The notes under the pieces are model-generated. The model worked only from the letters and a program-made list of their open reading frames with translations. It made no database searches and was not told the origin of the DNA. DNA of 64,000 nucleotides from Schmidtea polychroa (lineage: Eukaryota). The position numbers were made by a program, and so were the translations under genes. Position 1 is the stretch's first letter. Each line of letters starts with the position of its first letter. The stretch spans positions 12,836,001 to 12,900,000 of the forward strand of contig CM097885.1 of the NCBI GenBank assembly GCA_044892525.1. Direction: 5' to 3'. Shown one piece after another: positions 27,801 through 37,459 of the stretch.

Positions 27801-29196
27801 AGCTCCTGTAAGAAGAAAGATTGATATCAACGAACTTTCTGAATGGCAAATCTCACAAGATAAACCTCCAACAATGAAACTTCTTTGTGATCAAACAGAT
27901 CGAAGGTTTTATCTTTGTCACTATAGACTCCTCCAATTTTATCTTTCACGAGGTATGATATTAAAAAAAGTTCATAGTGTCATAAGATTTAAACAAGCTC
28001 CATTCATGAAAGCTTTTATCGAGGAGAATATTAGGTGCCGAAACATTGCAAAAAGAGAAGGTAACCTTTTTAAAGATAATAATTATAAACTTTTAAACAA
28101 TTCAGTCTTTGGGAAAACAATGGAGAATGTTGATAAATATACTCATATTGAACTTTTAACTAATACTACCAAAGATATTAAGCGCTATAATCGTATGCTA
28201 GGAAAGCCTACATTTAAAAACGCACAAGTATTTTCTGAAAATCTTACTGCAATAGAACTAAAGAATTTTCAGAAAACATACAACAAACCAATATTTATAG
28301 GGTTTTCAATTGTAGAACTTTCAAAATTACAAATGTATGAAACATATTATAACATCTTACAACCTATATATGGTTCTAATATATCAATGCATGCAATGGA
28401 TACAGATTCAATGTTTTTAACAATAAGAACTCATAATTTACAAAGAGATATAGCCGAAAATCCTATACTTTCAAATTTAATAAATTCATCTGGAGAATTA
28501 TTTTCGTTTAAAGATGAAAAACCTTTTACTCCTATAGAAAATGGAATATTTATTCGTGCTAAACAATATTCATACGAAACATTTAGAAACCCTGAATTTA
28601 TAACTAGATCATTTATATTTAAAACTCCAAAAACAGAAGAAACCATTACACATAGATATCCTATATTTCCTAAAGGACCAGAGGGACAAGAAGAAAAACC
28701 TGTAAAGGATAACAGATGTAAAGGAATACAGAAATTAGTTGCAAAGAATCTTTCTCATCAAGATTATATAGATACATTGAATCCAAATCATAAAGATAAA
28801 CTTGATGAAGTGCATCAGATTAAAAGCGAAAACCATGATATTCACTTGATAGAATCTCAAAAAGTATCATTATCAAATTATGATGATAAGAGATTCATCC
28901 TAAGTGATTTAAAGACAACTCTTCCTATAGGAAATAATTTAATACCGATAATAAAAAATCTAGAAAAGTTGAATAATTTATATGATACAAAAATTACTGA
29001 TCTTGATATTTATAATGTTGAAATCATTTATCCCGAGAGAGAAATCGAGAAGCCTTTATATTCTCAAGTTTTTAATCCTATATGTTTAGAACTTAAATAT
29101 TTTAATACTGATCCTGAATATATAAAAGGTCTAAGTGATAAAGAATTTAAAGATCATAAATTAATGATTCAAAGGTTGGCTTTCAACGATATTTAA
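24880..29196 (+). pseudogene. polB: Protein-primed family B DNA polymerase with N-terminal Zn fingers and an endonuclease VII-like insert; two in-frame nonsense codons
   Basis: The three listed ORFs share one frame, split by TAA 25849-25851 and TGA 27487-27489. Motifs: ExoI YGDFES, EndoVII CWMC..DHDH..RGAAHKNCN, ExoII FHNLFGYD, ExoIII YLSLDV, Pol YIDATALY, KLLNNSVFGK and MDTDS. Confidence 0.93.
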
Positions 29197-29258
29197 TGTC
29201 GACAATTAATTTAAGCAACTATAGCAACCTGATCTACTTTTTTAAAAATACACCCATT

Positions 29259-29858
29259 TTATAAATAAGAATTCTTTAACCATTTCTCTCGTTTAATTTT
29301 TTTAGAATATTCATTAGTTACAACATTAGCGCTTTTTAATCTATTAATATTATTTTTAATATCTTGTATTATTTGATTTGATTTCATTATTTCATCATCA
29401 GTTAAGATTCCATCTTCCAAAGCTTTTAATTGAAATAAAAATAATTTAGAGATTCCTAATTCTATTGATAAACAAACTTCACGATATAAACTTTTCTTTT
29501 TAGAAGTATAAGATAGTGAAACTATTTCAGTTAGGAAACCATCAGCTACAGAAATACTTCCAAGTATTACTGGTGCAAGAGTAACAACTGGTAAAGTTAT
29601 AGGTAAAATAACTGTTAATATTGCAGATGCAAATCCTAAAGAATAACCTATAACTTTTAAAACTGTATTCCCTTTATTCCATCTATTTTTAATTTATTTA
29701 TAATGCTTTAATAAATCTTGTATATGTAAGGTTTCTGATTTAAATTCTTTTACTCTCATAATTTCAAGTTCTGTGGGAGCCGAAGGTGCCGAAGGTTTGG
29801 GGGAATAATATCCTGATGACAATTCTGGGTAAATTTTTTCTTCTCTTACTTCTTCCAT
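29259..29858 (-). pseudogene. Polinton PX-like transmembrane protein with one internal stop (not in ORF track)
   Basis: Hand translation: MEEVREEKIYPELSSGYYSPKPSAPSAPTELE...HYK*IKNRW..two hydrophobic segments..KALEDGILTDDE...SYL*. Premature TAA at 29696-29694. Confidence 0.75.
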
Positions 29859-29866
29859 TTTAATAA

Positions 29867-30844
29867 TTAAAAAAATAAGATTTTATTATCTGGTACCAAT
29901 ACTCGGATATCATAAGAGACTCTTGTTGAGAGAATATCTTTATACAATTCCATCAATGCTTTACGAACTTCATCAACATCAACCTTTTTTTCATAAAATA
30001 TTAAATCTATATATTGTACAAGTGTGCTTTTAAAAATAATATTCTTACTTTTAACTTTATGTGTTTTATGTGAATCAGTTTTATCATGCCAATATCCATG
30101 TGTTAAATCATAACCACTTATTATAACATCACCCTTTTCAAACTTACTATTATAATCACATTTCACAAACCATTTCATTCTTTCATTATCATCATCAAAT
30201 AAAAAGAAATAAGGATCAATAATCTTTACAACCATAAAAACACTCCATTCTTTACTATTTGTTGTTATTAAAGTTGGTTCTATAAAATGTTTATATATAT
30301 GGGGTAATAATGTTTTATTCTGTTCAAATTCAGCAGCTCTTTTTCTAATACTATGTGTGGTGTTAATGTGTGTTGTATGAGATTCTAAATTTGAAAGTCT
30401 TTTATTAAATGATGTAATCATCTCATTTATTATATTATATATTGTATTAAATTTAGTATTCATAATTTGTTTATCTTTAGAATTTAATATACTAGTATTT
30501 AACTTTACAACTTGTTCAGTTAACAGACTTTGTAACTTGTCAAATTTATCATTAAATCGTTGTTCGATATTATTAAGCTTTGATTCCATTGAATCAATTT
30601 TTGTTGTTAATGAACTTTCAATTCTTGTTGTTGTTAAATCAGTATATTTCTTATTAACCGCATCAGCTTCATCAATTGGTAAAGATAAATCTTTTATCTT
30701 GTGTCCATTTAAATTTAAATCACCCTTCATTGAATCACCTCTTTCATTAATATATTTATTTTCTGTTAAAGTTAATATTTCTTCTGTATTAAACCCTGTT
30801 TTTATTGTTCCACCACCTCTATTACATGGAATATAAGAACTCAT
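29867..30844 (-). CDS. Putative virion fibre-like protein
   Basis: YINERGDSMKGDLNLNGHKIKDLSLPIDEADAVNKKYTD resembles phage tail-fibre/trimeric stalk repeats. It is followed by a coiled coil and a globular C-terminus, and lies next to the penton gene. Confidence 0.6.
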   Translation of the reverse strand: MSSYIPCNRGGGTIKTGFNTEEILTLTENKYINERGDSMKGDLNLNGHKIKDLSLPIDEADAVNKKYTDLTTTRIESSLTTKIDSMESKLNNIEQRFNDKFDKLQSLLTEQVVKLNTSILNSKDKQIMNTKFNTIYNIINEMITSFNKRLSNLESHTTHINTTHSIRKRAAEFEQNKTLLPHIYKHFIEPTLITTNSKEWSVFMVVKIIDPYFFLFDDDNERMKWFVKCDYNSKFEKGDVIISGYDLTHGYWHDKTDSHKTHKVKSKNIIFKSTLVQYIDLIFYEKKVDVDEVRKALMELYKDILSTRVSYDIRVLVPDNKILFF

Positions 30845-30870
30845 TTATTAATAATTTAAAATGGACTTCG

Positions 30871-31608
30871 TTAAACCTGTTTCAAATGTAAATACATTGA
30901 AATCTCTTCTCCATTAAAATCAATCAATTCTCCTTCTTGATTAAGAATTTTAAAATTAATATCCATTATATATTTTCTACATAAAGGTAAATAATTTGGA
31001 GGATTCATTCTTTCAACTATTTTATATCCCATAGGAACTGTGTTTGAGGGAAAGGAATATAAAATATTACTTTGTTTACCATTATTATAAGAACCTGTTA
31101 TACAATCGCAATGAATATTTATTGTGTTTGTATTTATTATTTTTATAATATTTTCTGATGTAACTTCAGGTGTGGTATAATGGTTTTGTGTAAATCCTAA
31201 AATTGTTCTAAAGAAACTATTATTTTGAAACCTAAGTCCTATATTCTTTAAAGTCATTATACATTTTGAAGTTGGTAAATCTATTTTAATTTCAATAGCT
31301 CCATTTGTTTTTTTAGAAAGTATATTATTTAAATCTTTTATCTCATAAGCCCCGGGTTCTATTATTATTATGTTATACTCCGTTTTTAGGGGGCTTACAT
31401 AACTAAATGTGTTAATATCTTTAGTTATATTAAAAATAGTATTATAAGCACAAAACCATAATAGACCTAATTCATAATTTAAATTTTGATCTAATTTTAT
31501 TGAATCTTCAAAATTTATAGTAAAGTCTGATTCTTTTGAATTTATAGATAAAGTTCTTGAATATTTATCTGACATTATGTTTACCATTTTTTTTAAATTA
31601 TCTTCCAT
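30871..31608 (-). CDS. Minor capsid protein (penton, single jelly roll)
   Basis: SDFTINF..IKL..NYELGL, IEPGAYEI, INIHCDCITGSYNNG..SNILYSF and LNQEGELIDFNGE are Polinton penton motifs. Confidence 0.85.
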   Translation of the reverse strand: MEDNLKKMVNIMSDKYSRTLSINSKESDFTINFEDSIKLDQNLNYELGLLWFCAYNTIFNITKDINTFSYVSPLKTEYNIIIIEPGAYEIKDLNNILSKKTNGAIEIKIDLPTSKCIMTLKNIGLRFQNNSFFRTILGFTQNHYTTPEVTSENIIKIINTNTINIHCDCITGSYNNGKQSNILYSFPSNTVPMGYKIVERMNPPNYLPLCRKYIMDINFKILNQEGELIDFNGEEISMYLHLKQV

Positions 31609-31611
31609 TTC

Positions 31612-32097
31612 TTATAGTAGAGATTTTAAATCATTATAAATTTCTTGGATTAAGGAAGTGAAACAGTAGTCCCCTTTGGACAGAGTCCCTTGAGATTTAT
31701 TCAATCTATACAAAACATATAAGCTTAAAATACCACATATTTTAGTATTATTAGGTTGAACTTGTAAAGAATTAAAAGTATAGTCTCTCTTCGAGCTTAC
31801 TCCGGACAGATAGTCTTCAACTTCTTTAGTGGGTTTAATCCTAAAAGAATCAAAGTAGATTGGGACTTCGTCCATATATATACAAACCCAATGAGATCCT
31901 TTTTCATTTGAATTTTGATAATTGATTATTATATTCTTTGGAGTGACCCTTTGACCTTTGACCTTCGGACCTTTCAATTCATTATTCATTAATATTTTTA
32001 TTTTTAAATTTAAATAATCTGCATAATCTTTTAAATCAAAATTTGTTTTTGCATTTATTCCAAATGTTTTTAAAAAATCTAATATTGAAGGAGTCAT
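31612..32097 (-). CDS. Adenain-type cysteine (maturation) protease
   Basis: IINYQ...GSHWV (His), YFDSF (Asp), Q...CG (Gln, Cys). The usual FDSFG reads FDSFR. Confidence 0.9.
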   Translation of the reverse strand: MTPSILDFLKTFGINAKTNFDLKDYADYLNLKIKILMNNELKGPKVKGQRVTPKNIIINYQNSNEKGSHWVCIYMDEVPIYFDSFRIKPTKEVEDYLSGVSSKRDYTFNSLQVQPNNTKICGILSLYVLYRLNKSQGTLSKGDYCFTSLIQEIYNDLKSLL

Positions 32098-32792
32098 TTT
32101 ATATACTTATTAAATTTATCTTTTGAAATTATTCCTTGTTTTAACAAATCTTTAGAAATCTTTAAAATATCAGAATCTAAATTATTATGTCCTGCTTTTT
32201 TAGCTGCTAATAGTTTTCTTAATTCAATAAAAAGATTGATTGGGTTTGCAGCCACAGGCATCCCCTTACCCTCTGTAACAACATAACCCCTTTCATTTTT
32301 ATTTAAATAATTCTTTAAATCTTGAATATGTTTTGCTTTAGAACTACCATGTATTTTTTTTATTAAGTTTAAATATATATAAAATATTTGATTATTAATT
32401 GTTATTGTTTGAAAACCTCTAGGATCATAACCTATAGTAGGTATAATTGATGGAGCTAGTGATGTATTAATTTTAAAATTAATTGAAGTCTTAAGAGGTG
32501 TTAATCTTGAAAGAAATTCATCTTCTTCTAAATCAATAGTATTTCTACGTTTTCTTAATCCCATTAATCTTGATAATTCCTTTTTAGAAGGTTCTATAGC
32601 TTTAAGTTCAGGGGTTAGAGGAGCTTCTATAGTTTTAAGTCCCTCTATAGCTTTAATTGTTGGCCCCTGTTGTTGTATTATTACCTCATTTAATATTATA
32701 GATTCGGCATGTTGAGTTGTATCTTTTTTATTATATTTATCTTGTTCAGATTGTAATTTTTTTAAAAGTGCTAATCTTTCTTCATATACCAT
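32094..32792 (-). CDS. Polinton PZ-like core protein
   Basis: C-terminal GKG-x-NPINLFIELRKLLAAKKAGHNN..DILKISKDLLKQGII matches the conserved Polinton PZ C-terminal motif as I recall it. Confidence 0.65.
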   Translation of the reverse strand: MVYEERLALLKKLQSEQDKYNKKDTTQHAESIILNEVIIQQQGPTIKAIEGLKTIEAPLTPELKAIEPSKKELSRLMGLRKRRNTIDLEEDEFLSRLTPLKTSINFKINTSLAPSIIPTIGYDPRGFQTITINNQIFYIYLNLIKKIHGSSKAKHIQDLKNYLNKNERGYVVTEGKGMPVAANPINLFIELRKLLAAKKAGHNNLDSDILKISKDLLKQGIISKDKFNKYIK

Positions 32793-32814
32793 TTTTATGG
32801 TATTAAAAATGGTA

Positions 32815-33411
32815 TCAATGGGGTTCGAAGGGCTTCAAGTATAAACCTTTACCATTTTTAGTTTTACAAAGGCATCCATTCTTTAAAGATTTACATATTT
32901 TTTTTAAATCATCTTTATCTTTTGAAGATAAAGATTCAGATGTAGAAATTTGATTTTTTAAAAAATCATTTAAACCTCTACCTTTATAAGGATCAAGATA
33001 GAGACCTTTGCCCTGAGACTTTTGCCGACTCCCCTCATATGGATTAAGATAGAGACCCTTTCCAACGGACACTCCCCCTTTAGCTTGCCCTACCTTCTTC
33101 ATTGAATCGATTTCAGTTTGTAGTTTTTCTTTTTCTAGGTCTGTCTTTTGAGATTCTTTAGCTTTTTGAACTGTAGTTGCAATTCCTCCAGCTATTCCAG
33201 CAGCACCTGATAAACCAGCAATGATTGCAGGTATTAAAGCAGCTAATGGAAGAATGCCTCCTTCTTTAGCTTCGTGGAGCTTCGCTCTAACTTGTTCTTT
33301 TACATGTTTTCCAATAAAATATTTTTTACCATCAATTACTACTGATTTATTTTTATTTGAATTTATTAATTCTTGCAAAGATTCTTCAGTAGAGGAACTC
33401 TTCGAGGTCAT
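32815..33411 (-). CDS. Adenovirus pX-like / membrane-active core protein (PW-like)
   Basis: EGG-ILPLAALIPAIIAGLSGAAGIAGG resembles the adenoviral pX C-terminal peptide after a GG cleavage site. Three GKGLYLxP(Y/F) repeats. Confidence 0.7.
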   Translation of the reverse strand: MTSKSSSTEESLQELINSNKNKSVVIDGKKYFIGKHVKEQVRAKLHEAKEGGILPLAALIPAIIAGLSGAAGIAGGIATTVQKAKESQKTDLEKEKLQTEIDSMKKVGQAKGGVSVGKGLYLNPYEGSRQKSQGKGLYLDPYKGRGLNDFLKNQISTSESLSSKDKDDLKKICKSLKNGCLCKTKNGKGLYLKPFEPH

Positions 33412-33426
33412 TTTATAATATATAAA

Positions 33427-34239
33427 ATGGATGTACGAAGTCCAATAATTTGGAAACCAATTTTAAATAGACATAAATCTAAATTTAATAATAAAGTATT
33501 TCCTGATAATTTTAGATTATTAATTGTTGGTTCTTCTGGATGTGGAAAGAATGTACTTGTTTTGAAAATGTTACTTGAAGATGGTTTTTTAGATTATAAT
33601 AATTTAATCTTTTATTCTACAACCATAAATCAACCAGAATTACAACTTTTGAAATGTGGATTTGAAAATAAATTAACTAAAAAAGCTATAATTGATATTT
33701 TTAAAAATCAACATAGATGTCCTGAAGAAGTTTTTCAACCTTGTGATATGGTTGATTGGTATAAGGAAAAGATTTTAGAATCAGATATTAGTAATAAAAA
33801 TGATTACATCTGTGAAGATGAGGGGCAGGCAGAGGCGATTCAAGTTTTATTCTCTAATAAACCTGAAGATGTTTTACATTGTGATTTACTTCCTAAAGAT
33901 AAAAATAATCTAGTTATATTTGATGATGTTGTTAACATGAAAAATCAAGAGATTCAAAAGAGTTACTTTACAAGAGGAAGACATAATAATTGTAATGTTA
34001 TTTATATATCTCAAACTTATTATGCTTTAGATAAAAACTCTATAAGAAATAATTCTAATTGTTTTATATTTTTTAAATTAGATCGCCGTGATAAGAATAT
34101 GATTAATAATGATTTATTTTCAAATGTTGAACCTGAAAAGAATATGTTTGATATGTTTGTTGATAATCATTGGAAAGAAAAATATAATTATATTTATTTG
34201 GATAGAGAAGAAGCTGAAATATGGAAAAGTTTGTTTTAG
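33427..34239 (+). CDS. A32/FtsK-like genome packaging ATPase
   Basis: Walker A GSSGCGKN (usual T/S replaced by N), Walker B LVIFDD, RGRHNN and YISQ. True ATG at 33427. Confidence 0.92.
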   Translation: MDVRSPIIWKPILNRHKSKFNNKVFPDNFRLLIVGSSGCGKNVLVLKMLLEDGFLDYNNLIFYSTTINQPELQLLKCGFENKLTKKAIIDIFKNQHRCPEEVFQPCDMVDWYKEKILESDISNKNDYICEDEGQAEAIQVLFSNKPEDVLHCDLLPKDKNNLVIFDDVVNMKNQEIQKSYFTRGRHNNCNVIYISQTYYALDKNSIRNNSNCFIFFKLDRRDKNMINNDLFSNVEPEKNMFDMFVDNHWKEKYNYIYLDREEAEIWKSLF

Positions 34240-35606
34240 AAATCTGTTTTCTGTAACTCATTATTATAAAATCTACCTAATATTTTTTCATTATTTAAAT
34301 CAATGATGCTATATGTTATTGGAGTTGTATAATGTATTTTATTTATAATAAAAATTTCATTTGTCCATTTTGCTGTGAATCCTTTTTCAAATTTATTTTT
34401 ATATTTAAATATTCTTACTCGGTCACCAATTTTAAACTTTGGTTTTATAGGGGTTGTATCAACAATAACATCATTTTCAATATTTACCACTTTAATGGTT
34501 TCAGGATTCATGGAAGCATTTAAAGGTGTTGATTTTATAGAACTATGTACATCATTATTATATTCATTTACAATCTTTTGTAACCACTCATTGTTCCATT
34601 TTTGTTTTCCAATAGCAGTAAAATATTTCCACATTTTATTTTTTAATGTTCTATTTAATCTTTCAAATACGACTGCTTTTCCTTCGTTTTCTGTTGAATA
34701 TAATTTAATATCATTTTCATTTAAAAACTTTGTAAAAACTTTGTTATAAAATTCTGTTCCTTTATCACACCATAAATATTTTGGAATTCTTTGATGTTCT
34801 TCAAATATATTTTCAAATGCTTCTGTAATGGAATATCCTGTTTTATTTTCTAAACACCTTGCAAAGGCAATCCTTGTATATAAATCTATTACAGTTAAAA
34901 TTATTTTATATTTTTCAGGGTCTGATGATTTGGTTGGCATAAAGACTAAATCTGCAGACCATGTTTGATCTTTTTCATGTACTTGAACTTTTAAATATTT
35001 TTTATTTTTTCTAAATTCATGGTGTAATTCGTTGGCATATTTTATTTGTGATTCTGTTGGGGTTAATAAACTAGTCTTGGATATATTCTCGAGGGATCTT
35101 TCAGCATATGCTTGTTCAATAATCTTTTTATTAGCAACATCTTTTGCCATCCTTGGTAAACTAGCACCTATGAAAATCTTACCTTTCATTGCTAATTTAA
35201 CTAGAGCTCTTTGAATCTTTTCTTGGGTTGATGGATTTTGGATACTATTTAAATCATGTATTAAATTAACATCTGCAACATGTCTATCTCTAAGATCTTC
35301 TGAATTGTAAGCAATATCAATTTTTAAAGCTGCTTGGTCGATTCTATTTATTGGTTCTTCTCCTTGTTTGGGATTATTATTTTCATCTAATCTAATATCT
35401 AATCTTGTTCCTGGTCCGGTATAGTTGTGTTTAAATAAATGTCTTTCACCTGGATATTTTTCTGTAGTAAAAGGTTTTAATATTGAAGATGTCACTTTTG
35501 AAGATTGTAGATCGCCTCCTATATGTTTTTTAGTTTTTAGATGACTTGCTTTATGATGTCTTGTAACTTGACAATTACAACTTTCACATCTCCAATAGAG
35601 AGACAT
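34236..35606 (-). CDS. Retroviral-like (rve) integrase with N-terminal Zn finger and PLA2-like domain
   Basis: DDE motifs WSADL, WCDKGTEF and FERLNRTLK; C-terminal FKIGDRVRI. N-terminal CxxC..H..H finger and HNYTGPGT...PINRIDQAALKIDIAY...RHVAD. Confidence 0.92.
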   Translation of the reverse strand: MSLYWRCESCNCQVTRHHKASHLKTKKHIGGDLQSSKVTSSILKPFTTEKYPGERHLFKHNYTGPGTRLDIRLDENNNPKQGEEPINRIDQAALKIDIAYNSEDLRDRHVADVNLIHDLNSIQNPSTQEKIQRALVKLAMKGKIFIGASLPRMAKDVANKKIIEQAYAERSLENISKTSLLTPTESQIKYANELHHEFRKNKKYLKVQVHEKDQTWSADLVFMPTKSSDPEKYKIILTVIDLYTRIAFARCLENKTGYSITEAFENIFEEHQRIPKYLWCDKGTEFYNKVFTKFLNENDIKLYSTENEGKAVVFERLNRTLKNKMWKYFTAIGKQKWNNEWLQKIVNEYNNDVHSSIKSTPLNASMNPETIKVVNIENDVIVDTTPIKPKFKIGDRVRIFKYKNKFEKGFTAKWTNEIFIINKIHYTTPITYSIIDLNNEKILGRFYNNELQKTDF

Positions 35607-35623
35607 TTTAAAATGTTAAAATA

Positions 35624-36916
35624 TTAAGAATCTCCCCTAACATTTTCGATTATTGAAATCTTTCCACCATATAATTTCATTTCTATTTTCTTTTCTTCTA
35701 ATATTAATGTATATACTTTAGCTTTAAAATTAGAATCCTTTGTTACATGAAGTGTAACATCAACATTATTTATGGCTAGGCGATCATCTTGGTCTGAAAC
35801 ATTTATACAAAATATAGAATATAAATTTTTGAAATCTTCTAAACTTAATTGCGGTTCAACTTTGAAATCATAACATGTTTCAATATAATTTAGATATGGG
35901 AATATGTTTTCATTATTTTCAATATTAAATTCCATTCTATTTATTGGATAATAAGAACTATTTAATTGAATTTGGATTGTTTTTAAATTATCAACTCCAA
36001 TCTTTTGAATAAACAAGTTGTTATTTTTTTGGAAAGATGAATCTACTTCTTTGAATCCAATCAAGATATATCTTGGTCGGTATGCTAAATTTGCTACCTT
36101 TATAGAATATGTTGAACCCTCTGTCATACTAAATTCACTACAGATTCTATTTAAATAATTTACATTTATAGACTTGTTGGAATTTAATCTTTCAAGGAGT
36201 TTAATCTCAGAATGTGGATTTAATGTCCATTCAGGTATATGCAATTCAAGTGTTGATATTTTTAATTTAGCTGTTGTATCTGCAGCTCCATAGAACAATC
36301 TTTTATCACCTTCTACTCTATTACAAACTAATTCTATAAAAACATTATGAAGTATACGGTTATAGTTTTGAATGAATCCAAATAAGTGTTTTAATTCAAA
36401 ATAACCTTCAAATTTTTTAGATTTATAAAGTTCAGCTCTTTTATAGTAACCATAATTTATATCTAAACCATGTTTATCTAAATCTCCTTTATTAACATCA
36501 GGAATCCAGCCTGTTAATTCACCATATTCATTTTTATAATCACAACCAGTCAAAATAAAATTTAACATTGTAGAATATACTCCCGGATGCAAAACAGTTT
36601 CAATTTCTGACGATCCTAGTTTTAATCTCATGTTGGAGAATAAATTTGGAAAGAAATTATTTTCTAGGGTTATATCTTTGTTTGCTTCAATTTCTAATTT
36701 GATTTTATAATATAATTTGGCATTACAAATATCTATAGGGTTTGATGTTTGAAGAGATTGAAAAACTATATCACCCCTACGATTTAAGTTTGCAATAGAT
36801 CCTGAAGTTGGGGAGATTTTAAGTACATCGTTTTTCTTGATTTCATGAGTAAATTCTTTATTATAATCAAGATTTAATTTATTTTTTTCTTGAATTTTAA
36901 GATTTATTTTATTCAT
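35624..36916 (-). CDS. Major capsid protein (double jelly roll)
   Basis: 430 aa, beta-rich, with NLFSNMRLKLGSSEIETV..PG..STM, RPRYILIGF, IQLNSSYYP and FKNLYSIFCINVS. Size and position fit Polinton MCP. Confidence 0.85.
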   Translation of the reverse strand: MNKINLKIQEKNKLNLDYNKEFTHEIKKNDVLKISPTSGSIANLNRRGDIVFQSLQTSNPIDICNAKLYYKIKLEIEANKDITLENNFFPNLFSNMRLKLGSSEIETVLHPGVYSTMLNFILTGCDYKNEYGELTGWIPDVNKGDLDKHGLDINYGYYKRAELYKSKKFEGYFELKHLFGFIQNYNRILHNVFIELVCNRVEGDKRLFYGAADTTAKLKISTLELHIPEWTLNPHSEIKLLERLNSNKSINVNYLNRICSEFSMTEGSTYSIKVANLAYRPRYILIGFKEVDSSFQKNNNLFIQKIGVDNLKTIQIQLNSSYYPINRMEFNIENNENIFPYLNYIETCYDFKVEPQLSLEDFKNLYSIFCINVSDQDDRLAINNVDVTLHVTKDSNFKAKVYTLILEEKKIEMKLYGGKISIIENVRGDS

Positions 36917-36972
36917 TTTTATATATTAAAATTTACACACACACAATAGGATTAATTAAATATATTATGTAA

Positions 36973-37054
36973 GCCATTATAGCGGAGTGGGAATAGGCTT
37001 CAATTTTATCACCGGGAGTACCGGGTTCAATTTTCGATTTTGGTCAATTTTTTT
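36973..37054 (+). ncRNA. tRNA-like Pol III unit 1, degenerate cloverleaf
   Basis: A box TAGCGGAGTGG 36980-36990, decayed B box GGTTCAATT 37024-37032, tRNA-length spacing, partial acceptor stem GCCA/TGGT and T7 run 37048-37054. Confidence 0.55.
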
Positions 37055-37215
37055 CGATATTTTTTTTCAACGGAATCTGATTCAGCGTACTGATTTTAGT
37101 ATATATTTAAATTTTCAGATGGATCTGAGTGGTAGTTGTCGAGAAAATGAATAATTAATTATTAATTTCATCAATAAATAGTCACACATTAACAACCTAT
37201 TTTATATTGAGTATA

Positions 37216-37296
37216 GCTCTAATAGCTTAGTGGTAATAGCACTCGACTGCATTGCCAATACCAATGGGTTCAAATCCCATTTCGGTCATTTTTTTT
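37216..37296 (+). ncRNA. tRNA-like Pol III unit 2, tRNA-Cys-like 5' half, anticodon stem unpaired
   Basis: A box TAGCTTAGTGG 37223-37233, D stem GCT/AGC, loop CTGCATT, perfect T arm ATGGG-TTCAAAT-CCCAT 37264-37280, 73 nt body and T8 run 37289-37296. Confidence 0.7.
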
Positions 37297-37459
37297 CAAA
37301 ATTTTTTTTTAACGAAATATTGATCAGCATACTCGATTTAGTACTTGTACAAATTTTTAAGGAGATTGGTCAACGGCAACTCTTGGAAATTTAAGATCAA
37401 AAACGTTTTAACTTAAGCTACCAAAAATTAATATATCCAATAAAAAAATATTTATAAAA

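Noticed and set aside
28431..35214. Antisense ORFs overlapping Polinton genes (28431, 30537, 33221, 34332, 34375, 35032) and the hAT transposase
   Set aside because: Shadow ORFs of real coding strands, with no independent motifs.
37216..37288. Functional tRNA-Cys(GCA) gene
   Set aside because: The anticodon stem (CTCGA/GCCAA) does not pair and the acceptor stem has two mismatches, so it is kept only as a tRNA-like unit.
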